Shown here in pieces: positions 1-13,578 of a stretch of DNA of 64,000 bases. The notes below the pieces were generated by a model. It saw nothing but the letters and a program-made list of their open reading frames with translations. It had not been told where the DNA came from and did not search any database. Every line of letters begins with the position of its first letter. Within the stretch, counting starts at the first letter, position 1. The translations under genes were made by a program, and so were the position numbers. The DNA is from Octopus sinensis. Lineage: Eukaryota. Where the stretch lies: positions 2,294,001 to 2,358,000 of the forward strand of contig NC_043015.1 of NCBI RefSeq assembly GCF_006345805.1, in the 5' to 3' direction.

Positions 1-397
1 TTCATTGTGTCATTGGCATTTTATTAAAAAGATGACCTTTTAAGCAGAGTTCATAACGTAATGTCTTATAAAACAAACACGGTGAAACATAATCAATCAG
101 AAAACGGGTGACCCAGTAAACTATCTTAGAAATTCTTATCTGAAACGTGGAAGAAAATTTACTGAAAATATATTCTGATAATTGGTTATCTGCTGACATT
201 TCAGATATTTTGGCTCAGACATATTCATAAATATCAGTGGAGAAGTACGTATTTATCATCATAAGTAATCTCTCACACATACACTAAGACGCAACCATAC
301 ACCTTTAAACACGCCTACGCATTTGCATAAACATGTGACACTCAAGCACAGAAACTAATCTAGTGAATGTGTACACATGTGTATATAGATTTTTATA

Positions 398-472
<75 letters not shown>

Positions 473-2375
473 ATATATATGTATGTGTGTGTGTGTTGTT
501 GTGGTGTGTACGTACGTACTGACTCGCATGTATATATATATACATATATAATATATATGTACATATATATATATGAATGTATTTATGTAATTATTTATAC
601 ACATACGTACCAACTCACAGGTATATACATATAGACATATGTATATATATATAACCCATATACACAAATAAACATACATTTATACATACTTATATACATT
701 TTTTTTATATCAACATACAAATACATATATACATATATACGTATATGTATATTTGCGGGCATACATATATCCATATACGGATATACATATGCACACACAC
801 ACATATATATACGTATAGATATGCACATACACAAACATATACTCATATATACATACGCACGCACATGTATAAGCACACATATGTGGGTGTATGCGTTTTC
901 GGGTACGTGCTTGTGTGAATCTGTTAAGGATAATCGTTCGTCTTAAAATGATATAACAAGATGAGCATTGAAGTCGAGAGAACCTGAATATAAATTGGCA
1001 GGGAGCCAGGAATCCAGGTATTTGAGCAAAAGTGCGTCAGGAGAACCTCTGCATAAACAGTACATAGTGCTTAAATGAAGGTTTCTCAGGCAGCAATGCA
1101 TCAAAATAAGCTTGATAGTCATGAAAAACTCATTGGCCAATTTAAATGGCGCAACCTTGCCTGTTAGTGCCATATATCCCGACCTAACACCCTGTCCAGA
1201 TAGACCGCAAGGTACACTTGAGAACTGATAAAGAAAAATTTCGGTATGACAATATCAAAACTACTGGTTACAATTGAGGGCAAAGTCGCCAAGAGTGTCA
1301 CACCAACGACTGGCTGCATCAATCAAGGGATGCTGGTGCTGCTATTGTTGCTGTTGATAATGATGATGATGATGATGATGATGATTATGACGACAACGAC
1401 GATGATGACGATGATGATGATTATGATTATGATTATGACGACGACGACGACGACGATGATGATGATGATGATGATGATGATTATGATATAAAATTATATA
1501 AAAGAAAAGATTGATAGTAAATACACGAAAACCATGATATTGGCATATATCATTTCACTGAATAATGAATCAAAACTTTAGGAATATATGTGTTGATAAA
1601 TGTATGCATTAAAGGTTCGCTTTTATCAGAAAATGATACAGAGAATTGTAAAAATGAGCATTAATATTATCGTGGTTAAACACTAAAGACTCTCTCGATG
1701 ATTTTTCCATGCCTACTGTACGAAGATAAGGAAAGATATAAAGAAGGTTCCAAACAGCAACTGATATTCATAAAATGTGGAGATGAAAAATGGCTTACAA
1801 TTTGATGGTGGCATTGTTTTTATTGAGAATTAAAGCTATCTTTGCGTGTAATCCTGAGCGCGCATGTACACACACACACACACACACACACAACACACAC
1901 ACACACACACACACAACACACAAACACACACACATATATATATATATATATGTATATATATAGACATACATACACACACACACATATATATATGTATATA
2001 GAGATACACAAACACATATATATGTGTATATATTACAAGTACACACACAAACGCCCGCGCACGCATATTCATGTATGTGTGTGTGTGTTCTGTGTGAGCT
2101 ATAATGTTTTTAAAGATTAACGCAATGTCATCAATTTCGTGGAGCGAGTTATGTGCGTAATATCAACTCGAATTCCTGAATGGTAGTTTAAATTACCGAC
2201 TTTTGAAACAGGCAATGCAGATATGACGACGGCAGAATCTGAACTCAGAAACTAATAAATTGGAAGAAATATTGCTATGAATTTCCTTCGTTGCCCTAAA
2301 CACGCCTCCATCTCACCGCTTTAAAAATAGGTCAGTCGCTATATAATGAAATATCACTAAGGCCTTTAAGGAAAA

Positions 2376-2548
2376 AGGCGCAAGAGTGTCCGTGTGGTAG
2401 GTGGCTTGCTTACCAACCACATAGCTCCAGGTTCTGTGTGGCACCTCGAGCAAGTGTCATCTACTATAGCCTCGGGCCGACCAAAGTCTTGTGAGTGGAC
2501 TTTGTAGACGGAAACTGAAAGAAGCCCGTCGTATATGTGTATATGTAT

Positions 2549-2593
<45 letters not shown>

Positions 2594-2785
2594 TGTGTGT
2601 TTGTGTATCTGTGTTTCTTCCCCCAACATCGCTTGACAACCCATGCTCGTGTGTTTACGTACCCGTAACTTAGCGGTTTGGCAAAAGTGACCGATAGAAT
2701 AAGTACAAGGCTGACAAAGAATAAGTCCTAAAGGCGATGCTCCAGTACGGCCGCAGTCAAATGACTGAAACAAGTAAGATAGTAA
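2376..2785 (+). mobile_element. tRNA-derived SINE family B with internal (TA)/(TG) microsatellite
   Basis: GGCGCAAGAGTG..GTGTGGT head, CACCTCGAGCAAGTGTC core-like motif, tail GCAGTCAAATGACTGAAACAAGTAA. Other copies at 26581-27014(-), 53728-54122(-), 59930-60334(+), 61035-61270(-, partial), 62990-63394(-). Confidence 0.8.
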
Positions 2786-3585
2786 ATGAGAGAGCACCTT
2801 GCAACTTCCAAATTTGAAATTGATTTAACTAAATTCGAATAACGATTATGTTTGCTAAACGATAATCTTTTAGGCATTTTATTTCAAAGCATAAGCAAAA
2901 ACAAAATATCAGCTTCTAGAAAGGGCGTCACTGGCAATAGACTTCGAAAGGCACCTTCCATTGTTATACAAATCGCAGATCAAAATAATATTTTAGGTAT
3001 ATTAACACATATCTATAAAAAAAGGAAACGATATTGCTCTAAACATTGGCAAATTTACTTTGGGCATTTGAAAAAATGTAACAATGATGTCTGACTTTGA
3101 ATTTATATACGTTCCGTTTTCTTACGTTTCCTGTTAAGAAATTTCTCTCACAACTACTTCTGATTGACACATTTACAGTCAAAGTACAGAATTTGAATAT
3201 GTCATATTAATAAATTAAACAGTAAATACAAGAAGAATAGTATGAAGTGAAGCTTTACATTCTGAATAGAAAATGTCAATAAAATTTCGCATGGAACAGT
3301 TAAGGAGGTTTTCGTGATTTGAAATTACTAGATATATCAATGCTTCTGCTTTCATATTTAAAATGGTCACATAATAATAGAAACATTCCGCATTGTATTA
3401 CTACGACTTCATATACAAGTCAAAAAGTTCTTATTTCTCAGAGAACATGCTTAAATTGTGTACTCTCTTCTAAGGTGTTAAGGTGGATTCATCTGTAGAG
3501 AAATATGATCTACAGCTTCTAATCTTGAAATTGTGAATGGTTCGCGTATACATGCATATGCTTACATATGGGTGCATATGTTTAC

Positions 3586-3633
<48 letters not shown>

Positions 3634-3719
3634 AATCCAACCGGGAAAACAAAAAAACAAAACAATGGAACAATTACAGTATTATTATTAATAGGCGCTC
3701 AGGAAATGGAAGCAGGAGG

Positions 3720-3754
3720 GTATGACGTTTCGAGCGGAGCTCTTCGTCGGAAAC
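3720..3754 (-). ncRNA. Degenerate minimal hammerhead (extra-A type)
   Basis: Reverse complement reads GTTT CCGACGA A GAGC-TCC-GCTC GAAA CG TC ATAC; U4 changed to C. Homologous to 61433-61466. Confidence 0.5.
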
Positions 3755-4149
3755 ATAAAGAAGGAAGAGAGAGGAAAGAAAGATCCCAAAGCGGGCAACA
3801 GGGATAGAGAAAAAAAACGACTGGTGTTTACGAGTTAACATGGTGAAGGCGGAAGTTTACGATAACAAGAGCAAAGTAGGTTTTTAAAGGCAAAAGAGTG
3901 GAGACAAGGTTGGTAACGCAACAGATGTGTCTGTATGTGTGAGTGTGTGCGTGCGTGTGTGTGTATGTGGTGTGTGTGAGGCGAGATAAAAAAGACAAAA
4001 AATATATGTATGTGTTAGTGTGTGCGTCTGTGTAGGCGTGTGAGGTAGGGCGAGAGACACTGGTCGGCATAGCAGACAAAGGTCAGTAGTAAGAAAAAGA
4101 AGGAAGGAGGAAGGGAGGGAGGGGAAGGGGGGGTGGGGGGTCGTATGTA

Positions 4150-6734
4150 GCGGCCCGCGTGTGTGTTGAGTAGTAGTGTGTGTGTGTGTCCAGTGTCGTG
4201 GTAGGTATTAATGGCGAGTAGATTGAATGTGTGTAAGAGTAATGTATATATTTAAGCAATGTGTGTATATGTGTGCGCGCGTGTGTAACAAAAAGGAGGG
4301 GGTTAAGGAAAAAGGACTCCAGCTGAGGGGAAGATGGAAGAGTGGTCCCGCGGAGACGGGCGTGGGAAAACCCAAAGACAAGCGACGGTCCCAGGAACGC
4401 GCGGGGGGTCTCGTCGGGTCCAAGAGCGAGGTGCATGCGGCGCGTATGTGTGCGCGAACCGGCGCAAGCGCGTGTGTGCGCGCGCCTGCGAGTATGCGCG
4501 TAAGTATGTATGTGTGTGGATGTGTGAGTGTGTCTGTGTGTATGTCTGAGTGGCAGTGTGTCCGATGAATGTATGTGAGTATGTGTGTATATATGTGTGT
4601 GCATAGATGTATGTCCGTGTGTGTGTGTGTGTTATGTGTATGAGTGTGTATGTATGTAGTGTGGGTGTGGAAGTGTGTGTGTATGTACATGTGTGTGCGC
4701 GTACATACAGGTGTGTGAGTGAGTAGTGTGTGTGTATGTATGTGTGAGTGTGTATGTATGTGTGTGTAGGATGCATGTATGTGTATGGGTGTATGTATGC
4801 GTGTGCGTATGTATGTATGTGTACGTGCGTGTGTGTGTGTGTATGCGTGTAGGTGTGCGCGTGTGCATGCATGCATGCATGTGCGTATGTGTGTGTGTGC
4901 ATGTGTGTGGGGATATATGTATGTGCGTATATGTGTGTGTATGTGCGTACATATGTGTGTGTGTATGCATGTGTGTGTATGTAGGTGTGTAGCTTGGGTT
5001 TGTGTATAGGTGTATGTATGTAAGTATGTATGGGTGTGTCCGTGTATGTGTGTGTAGGTGTGTGTGTGTATGTAGGTGTGTGGGCGTGTGTATATGTGTG
5101 TGTATGTAGGTGTGTGGGCGTGTGTATATAGGTGTATGTATGTATGTCTGGGTGTGTCGTGCATGTTTTGTGTGTGTGTGTGTGGCATGTGTATGTAGGT
5201 GTGTGGTACGTGTGTAATGTATGTGTGTATGCGTGTGTGTGCGTGTGTATGCGTGCGTGGTGTATGTAGGTGCATGTGTATGTGTGTGGGAGTGTAGGTG
5301 TGTGTGTGCGTGTGCGTGTTTATGTTGGTGTGTGCGTATGTGAGTGTGAGTGTATGGGTGTTTGTTATGCATGTGTGTGCGCGTGCAGGTGAGTGTGTGT
5401 GTAAGTATGTGTGTGTGTATGTTGTGTGAGTGTGTATTGTGTATGTCTGTGTGTATGTAGTGCGTATAGGAGATGTATGATGGGTTGTGTGTATGTGTAT
5501 GGGTGTATGTATGTATATGTGTGTGTTGTGTGCATGTGTATAAGTATATGTGTGTGTGCGTATGTGTGTGTATGTGTATGTGTGTGTTTTATGTATGTGT
5601 GTATGTATGTGTGTAGGCGTGGTGTGTAGATGTATGTATGTATGGGGGTGTGTTATGTGTGTGTTTGTGTGTGTGTGTAGGTAGATGTGTGTGTCTGAGT
5701 GAGGGTATGGCTGTGTAGGGTGTGTGTGTATGAATGTAAGTGTGTGTGTATACAAGTGTAATGTACGTATGTAGGTGTGTGTGTGTGTATATGTGTACGT
5801 GTGCGTGGTGTATGTGGTGTGTGTGTGTGTGTGCGTGTGAGTGTGAGTGTATGGGTGTATGTCTGTGTGTGTATGTCTGAAGTAGGTATGTGTGGTATGT
5901 ATGTATGGGTGTGTGTGCGGGTATGTGTGTGTGTATGTGTGTGTGTGAGTAGGTGTGCGTGTGGTATGTGGGTAGGGAGCATGCGAGTTGTGGGGTATGT
6001 ATGCATACATACGCACGGGCACATCCGAAGCAAGCCCACACACACGAAGCGCGCTCACGCACACAACGCACAAGCAGTACAACGCAAGCCCAGGGGGCCG
6101 ACCAAGCCCCCAGCGCGCGCCAAGGCGCGCGAGCGCAAAGCCCCTCGAACGCCCCGCTGCGCGGGAACCGAGGATCCATCAGCCAAAACCGGAAAGCAGA
6201 AAAGAGGGGGGGGCTGCCTGATGCAAAAAGGTGTATGTGTGTGTGCATTCAGTGTAAGGGTGTGCATGTGTGGGTATGTATGTATGTGTGTGCCTACATG
6301 TATGTGTGCATGTGTGTGTGTGTGAAGTATGACGTGCGGTGTGTGTGTGTGTATGAGTGTGTGTGTATGTATGTGCGTAGTATGTGTGTATGTATGTGTG
6401 TATGTATGTCTGTGGTGTGTGTGTGTAAGTATGTATGTATGTGTGTATGTATGTATGTGTGTGTGTATGTGCATGTTGGTTTGTATGTTAGTGTGTGCAT
6501 GTATGTCTATAAGTGTGTGTGATTAAATCTGTGAATGTATGTACATAGATGGGTCTACGTATGTGTGTGTGTGAACAGGCGTGTGGGAGGTAGGTGGGTG
6601 GTGTATCCGGAAAAAAAAACGGATCTCAAGAGGAGGGGGCTGTGTTAAGTCCGTGTGGGGTGGTAGTTTGTAGGGTGAAGATGTAGCGTTGCTCCAAGTG
6701 GAGCCTGGAAAGTGGGCGACCATTGTGGGGGGCG
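4150..6734. repeat. Large degenerate (GT/GTAT)n array flanking the gap
   Basis: About 2.5 kb of imperfect TG/TGTA repeats with short GC-rich islands. Confidence 0.85.
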
Positions 6735-6834
6735 NNNNNNNNNNNNNNNNNNNNNNNNNNNNNNNNNNNNNNNNNNNNNNNNNNNNNNNNNNNNNNNNNN
6801 NNNNNNNNNNNNNNNNNNNNNNNNNNNNNNNNNN
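6735..6834. other. Assembly gap (100 N)
   Basis: Run of exactly 100 N. Confidence 0.99.
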
Positions 6835-7361
6835 AAAGAGAAAAATGGAAATAGTTAAACTGCAATATAAAATATACGTGAAGAAATATCAATGAATATA
6901 CAAGAAACTACGAGTAAATTATGCATAGATGTACGAAATTGAATGTTGTCTTGGGAGACTTCACTGAGGGCAGATAGTTCCCGGAGGTTAGGCCAATAAA
7001 AATGGAGTTATGATAAATGACGTCCATTCTCTAATTCAGTTTTTTAGATATAAATTTTTCTATATCACATCTACTGGTATAAGTCGGTTGGTATTTTTAA
7101 CACCTCAAGCAAAATTTAAGGGCTTTTCTAGAATTCGATAATGGACGCTGGAATGTCAGAAGTTTAGGGTATATGAGCATTCATCGATTAAATCTTTCAA
7201 AATTTATCATGTCATCATTATCGGAAAAAGGAAAGCTGTACTAATAAATATATTTTCACAGAAATGAACTGTACGTTCTTTTACTTCGCTTTTCAATTGA
7301 TCATTCTATTATTTTATTTGCTATTTTTTAAATAAATAGATGAATAAAATAAGAATATATA

Positions 7362-7785
7362 TCTTTATATATAAAAGTGAAGTTGTGTGTCTGTCTCCTA
7401 CGATTTAGATTCCTAACTACTCCCACATTTTGCGGTGCAGTTTAACCAAAACCGGGTATCTTATAGTCGTGATTCATATCGTGCCCTTCTGGGTATTAGC
7501 GCGGGTCTACGATGAGTCTACGATTCAAAAAATTTACCATCATTTCATTTCCATTTTAATTTGTTTTCCATTTTATGTGCATTTCTTTCATTCTACTATT
7601 ATATAAGGGATGGTGTAACTCTCTAAAATGTCTACGTGAGTGAACGATTTAAACAAAAATTACCATTTTTTTTTTTCATTTTTAATGCATGCATGTTTTT
7701 TGCTATTTTTTGGCTATAACTCTCTAAAAATGCTTATATAGTTATTTCCCTTACAAACCCGAGCAACGCCGGGCGATACTGCTAG
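7362..7785 (+). mobile_element. Non-autonomous Helitron-like element
   Basis: Starts TC(TTTATATATAAAA), has a subterminal hairpin CCCG-AGCAACGC-CGGG, ends CTAG, and is inserted between A and T. Confidence 0.75.
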
Positions 7786-7799
7786 TATATATATATATG

Positions 7800-8150
7800 C
7801 TGAAACCAACTTCGGTCATAACTGACCATGGGGTTGCAACTAGAAAGTTACCCTCCCAGGCACAAGCACGGACAAAGTTATTTATGGAAGACCAGCAGCC
7901 GCCCATGAATACCGGCCTCCGCTCTCCACACCACCAGTGTTATCCAAGGCAAAGGCAAAGATCGATGCAGCAAAGAGAGAGAACCGATACACCTGTGACG
8001 TCGAAGTTCATTTCTATAGCTGACTGAACTGGAGCAACGTTTAAATAAAGTGTCTAGTTCAAGAACACAATCCGCCGCCCGGTCCGGGATTCGAACTCAC
8101 AATCTCGCGATCGTAAGCTCGACGCTCTAACCACTGAGTCATGCGCCCTC
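7800..8150 (-). mobile_element. tRNA-derived SINE (family C) with a Meta/CORE-like central domain
   Basis: Reverse complement: GGGCGCATGACTCAGTGGTTAGAGCG (A box)...GAGTTCGAATCCCGG (B box), then TTGTGTTCTTGAACTAGACACTTTATT. Confidence 0.75.
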
Positions 8151-8186
8151 ACACACATATATGTAAGTATGCACTATATATATATA

Positions 8187-8233
<47 letters not shown>

Positions 8234-9000
8234 ATATTATATATGTATATATATGTACTGTATACAGGTATATATACACACGAGCAAATGGATTTGTGTA
8301 TGCATATGAATTTCAAATTTGATTATACATAGAGAGTATGAAGTATCGTAGCATGATTCAGTTAGTAGTTTTACGTGCATTAATATAATTGCTCATCTTA
8401 TGAGTATCCCATGTAGAGCGAATATTCATTCTCGAGTTCAGTAAGTACGCCAGTTGAAAGCTTATGTTACTGGAAGAAATATAAGAAAATGTATAAGGAA
8501 ATTTGCGAATGAAGACACGCATTTGAATTCAGTACGCTGTGAATATCCACATGATACCTATAATTCCAAGCTAATTCTCTATTTAGTATTTACATATGTA
8601 TGAGAGGTAAAGATTCTGCCTTTGTGTGTGTGGTGTAAGTAAACACATGGCACTTTGGTTGATTTGTGAATAGCACGCATTAATTTACTTTAAATGGTCT
8701 CATCATGATGCATTGAAAGTAATGCTTATATGCATAGAGAAAATAAGAGAAAACTAAAAGATAATTGAATAAATTGGTGAAAGTACACAGACAAATGGAT
8801 GAGCGAGACTATCATTTGTCTTCATTTGTTTACTGTCTTTCCTTGTTATTCGTGTACCACTGATGAGAAAATTACGTAATATGTTACAAATAGCTGTCAA
8901 AAATATCAAAATGCATTAGTTTTATCCACTCTTTCTCTTTTGGGTCTCGTAAGACGGGTAAATACTAAATTCCAAACTGCTAGGCAAAAACTGGAACGTG

Positions 9001-9222
9001 TATTTCTTTACTACCCACAAGGAGTAGGGGAAACAAGGACAGACAAACGGATCAAGTCCTTTATATCGACCCCAGTGTGTAACTGGTACTTAATTTATCG
9101 ATCCTGATATAATGAAAGGCAAAGTCGACATCTGCGGAATTTGAACTCAGAACGTAACGGCAGACGAAATACGGCTACGCATTTCGTCCGGCGCACTAAC
9201 ATTTCTGCCAGCTCGCCGCCTT
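9001..9222 (-). mobile_element. tRNA-derived SINE family A
   Basis: Head AGGCGGCGAGCTGGCAGAAATGTTAG...GAGTTCAAATTCC. Other copies or fragments at about 12075-12195(+), 14792-15026(+), 15034-15175(+), 20891-21100(+), 26350-26490(-), 34205-34360(-), 34479-34710(+), 43325-43440(+), 45295-45420(-), 55970-56095(+), 62707-62940(-). Confidence 0.8.
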
Positions 9223-9657
9223 AAAAAATGGAACATAATTAATTGTTTTAGATATAGTAAAAACTGAATTTTCATGGTCTATTTATATGAAAATACAAAT
9301 GCTATTATAAGATATAATTAAATAGGAAAAAAAGTATTTAATGATATGCTCATATCACGATATAGAAGGAATCAATTTAACTAAATTTGTAATTGTATCA
9401 TTCGTGATATATCTAATCATGTATTTTTCTAAAAGCACACTACCTTAGAACGGACCTCTCGTATTATCAAATGTTAGTAAGTAATTTCAAATGTAACTAG
9501 AAGACTGACTTGCGGCGGTTAATATCTGTACAATAACAGTTTCAATCGTTAACATATTTCCATTCGCACGCACACATTCACGCACGAAACAGGCAAACAC
9601 ACACACGCGTGTAAAACAGATAGACACCTGTATATATATATATATATAATATATATA

Positions 9658-9714
<57 letters not shown>

Positions 9715-9837
9715 ATAATTATTAGGGAATAAATCCAAACTTACGGGAAAAATCAGATTTAGGATTGAATCCAATTTTATAGTAAAATTATAGAAGTTTA
9801 AACAATTGTTTAAACTTCGCCAAGAAAAATATTTAAA

Positions 9838-9899
9838 CCACCTGATGAATGACTGCGACTCAAAAATTTGAAGACGCAGGCATGAAACGATCGTAGTGT
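9838..9899 (+). ncRNA. Type I hammerhead ribozyme with extended stem II
   Basis: CCAC CTGATGA ATGACTGCG...CGCAGGCAT GAAA CGATCG TA GTGT; palindromic stem III ACGATCGT; GUA site. Confidence 0.8.
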
Positions 9900-10073
9900 G
9901 ATATTAATTATATTTTTAATAATTTTGTTACTTATTTAAATAATATATAATTAACATATGTATGGCTAAAGTCTTTCATTGTTTGATTTGCCTAATAGTG
10001 GTTTTGTCTCTAATGTAATATAATATAATTATATATATATATATATATATATCTGTATGGTTTTGTGTGTGTG

Positions 10074-10116
<43 letters not shown>

Positions 10117-10281
10117 AGGGTTAAGCAACAAGTTTCTTAACCACATACCGAAAAAATTTAGAAATAGCAGCCAAAGACATCTCATTCCTTTTTACTACAG
10201 ATATTACTCCACAGATAACAATATTTGTAACTCACATAGGCAAAAAGAAGGAAAATAACGAAATCAAACAGTCTTCGATTA

Positions 10282-10339
10282 ATTATGGACGCGTTTATGG
10301 ATTAGAATTATGCATATTCATTCCCGTCCTCAGCATAAT
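10282..10339 (-). ncRNA. Degenerate type I hammerhead ribozyme
   Basis: Reverse complement reads ATTATG CTGAGGA [stem II region] TAAA CGCG TC CATAAT: 6-bp stem I, palindromic ACGCGT, GUC site; G12 mutated to T. Confidence 0.6.
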
Positions 10340-12924
10340 GTTTCGGTGTATGTCAACGTTTTGAAAGAGTTCCAAATTTAGGAAAATATTACAAACGCGT
10401 CGGTACAATTATATCTTCAGTACAAGTAATTAGAATACAAATTCAACAGTATGAGAGATATGAAACGGCGCCCGTTAATCTGTTATTACTTGTGTGACAC
10501 ATGTCTATTCGTGAAGTGGTAGAGTAGATAGAAAAGTAGCGTCTAGTAATAGATGAGATTTAGATTTTATAAATTCATTCACGTCAGAATTTGACTTTTG
10601 AAGATCGGAAGTTAAATGCTAGAGTCAATATATCGGGCGATGTCGTCTCAGGCTCTAAATAATTTTGCGTAATAAGCACATCTGCGTGGAATATGTTTGC
10701 TTCTGTTTGTAGACCTACCTAGAAAGCGTGAAATGACTGATACCGTAAAACTGAAAATAAAATCACACATTTCCATCTACGGAACGTTGAATGACATGGG
10801 TATAAGCAGGCCTGTTTTTCAATGCTTTTAATACGAAATACACATGTGGTGTCTTAACTTCTCTGTTTACTCAGCAGAAAATTTATAAGTATGTGTCTGC
10901 CCAATATGATTTACAAATTTGAATTTAATAAATATTATATAGAAAAAAATCTGGAAGTACCTGAACGTTAGCAAACTAAGCGAAATGTCGTCCCTGGAAT
11001 AATAATAACAACATTTCTCCTTATTGCAAAGGCACCATAATATTATCAACAATTCTCGTTATCGTAACGGCACCATACTATATTCTCTCTCTGTCTCTTT
11101 CTTTCATTATGTCCCATTATCTGAGTTATCCTAGTGTACAAACACACATACACACATACACACCAAGCTAAGATATATTTTCTAAGACGACCCCAAATAG
11201 ACCGAGAAGCCACTTAATGTAAGGGACTATGAAGACTAGCTGTAAAAATGGAGGATAACGATGATATGGAAGAGTGTTCCAAAGTCTGCTAGTTCGAGAA
11301 TAAAGATTACAACAATAGAAAATCTTCTCTGTGGAAGCACTGCATCCTTTAGAAGAGGTTTTGGAGTCAAGTTTTGGCTGCTATTTCCAGCGTGGAGGTA
11401 TATCTTAGATACCTTAAATTATGATTTGAAATATATGTATATCTACATATGCATACCCACACTCACACACATATATATACGTATATAATATGTCGCATCA
11501 CATTATATTGCCTATTAAATAATAAAATATTTTACTTCCTCCCTATTGTGAGCGTGATTTCATTTTATAAAATTATTTTCGGAATTTATAAATCTCGTTG
11601 AAAAGAAAAAAAATAAGATTCTGCAGAATATAATTCATTGCGCGCACTGCTTTTCACAATAAAAATGCCTGTGTGCATGAATGCAGATTAATAATTTTCA
11701 AACTTCCCCTAGCAACCCATCAAATATAATGTATTATTTAACACCGTACTTCTTGCAGTTAAATATTAGCTACTTATGTGTGGATATTTCTCCAAATAAA
11801 TATCATAATTAATTTCTTCTATGAATTTCAGTAAAAAACAAATTTGGCAAGTTTTTCCCATATCCCCAAAATTATTTTGAACAATATAATTTTATGCAAA
11901 GTTTGGAAGTAAATTACCGATTTTCAGTTTCCTTTTTATTATGATGTAGATATACTGGTGCATTTCTAAGGTTCTACACACAAACATACACGCATACACG
12001 CACACGAAGAAGCATATGTGTGTGCGTATATGCATATGTATATGCATTTCAATATATGTAAGTATATATTTCTGCTATGGTCGACTGTGCTTTTCATCCG
12101 GGGTCGATAAATTAAGTGGCTGATGCGTACTGGGGTCGATCTAATCGATTGGCCCTCTCCCACCAAATTTCGGACCTTGTGCCTAGAGCAGAAAAAATAT
12201 ATATAAGGATATATCTGTATATACACTGAATCATATATATGCATCTCACTATGTGTTTATCTATCATCACTATCTATTTGTATGTGTATATGTACACATA
12301 TATACATAAACACACATTCACACACAGACATACACATATACAGACACACAGAAACACAGAAACACACTCACACCTATATGTTTATACATGTATATGTAAT
12401 TAGAAAAGACAAAATAATAGCACAACTGTATTAAAGGTCGCTATAGCTGTTTCAGGCGCATTTTTTTTATTAATGAATAGTTTGATTACTACATGAAGAA
12501 CTATTTTCGACAGGTGTTTAAAACTCTGGATCAGAGTAAATATATCCCAAGATGTCGATTAACACTCTTTGTAAGGCATCATTTAAAAGATTTGTGTATC
12601 TGCCCGATAGTTGATTTATGACCTTGTGATCTATAACATAGTGGCAACTAAAATCTGGATTTCCCTCGGTGTGTTTTCCCTCACTCTCCTCAATTATAAG
12701 AAAACAAAGTTTTAGCCCCTTTAATTATTCAATTTTCTCATAATGCAAGTGAAAATTTCATCAATAACATATACTTCTGCAATAGCCGTCGTGGACTTTT
12801 ACCCAATTTGTGTTCTTCCTTTATGCAAAAGCCAAACCTAAAATCCTGCCCTACATAGGATCTGGAACTTGCTCTGGATCTACAAATTATAAACGTATGT
12901 GTATTGGTTTATATTATATATCGG

Positions 12925-12959
<35 letters not shown>

Positions 12960-12995
12960 GATCTATCTATCTATCTATCTATCTATCTATTTAAA

Positions 12996-13064
<69 letters not shown>

Positions 13065-13292
13065 CTCTATTATATATATATATACATATATAAATACATA
13101 TATATATATATATATACGTATATATATATATATATATATATATAAAGGTATATATATATATATATAATATATATATATAAAGGTATATATATATACATAT
13201 ATAAAGGTATATATATATATATTATATATATATATATAAATGCATACATGCATACATATACACACACACACGCACAATTATATATATATATA

Positions 13293-13330
<38 letters not shown>

Positions 13331-13440
13331 TCCCGGGTTGAGTCAGGGTTAACCACAGTAAATAATGTACTCAATACATAGCAGAGTAAAATGATTATTA
13401 TATAGAAGGAGCTTCTACAGGACTAGAACTGTTTCATTCA

Positions 13441-13493
13441 GAGCTTCCTGGTGATTTCTTTTGGATTAAACAGTTCTAGTCCTGTAGAAGCTC
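13441..13493 (+). ncRNA. Degenerate type I hammerhead ribozyme within an inverted-repeat element
   Basis: GAGCTTC CTGGTGA TTTCTTTTGGAT TAAA CAG-TTCTAGTC-CTG TA GAAGCTC. The adjacent inverted half (13402-13440) retains GAAA. Confidence 0.55.
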
Positions 13494-13528
13494 CTTCTAT
13501 ATATATATATATATATATATATAATATC

Positions 13529-13578
<50 letters not shown>

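Noticed and set aside
943-1240. Protein-like frames on the minus strand
   Set aside because: Short, no recognisable family, and no supported splice structure.
4270-6734. GC-rich islands (about 4270-4500, 6000-6230, 6590-6734) inside the GT array
   Set aside because: They flank a scaffold gap, show no homology or structure I can recognise, and look like low-quality sequence. Realignment of accurate reads would settle it.
7990-8150. tRNA-like sequence
   Set aside because: It continues into a SINE body and tail, so it is a SINE head rather than a tRNA gene.
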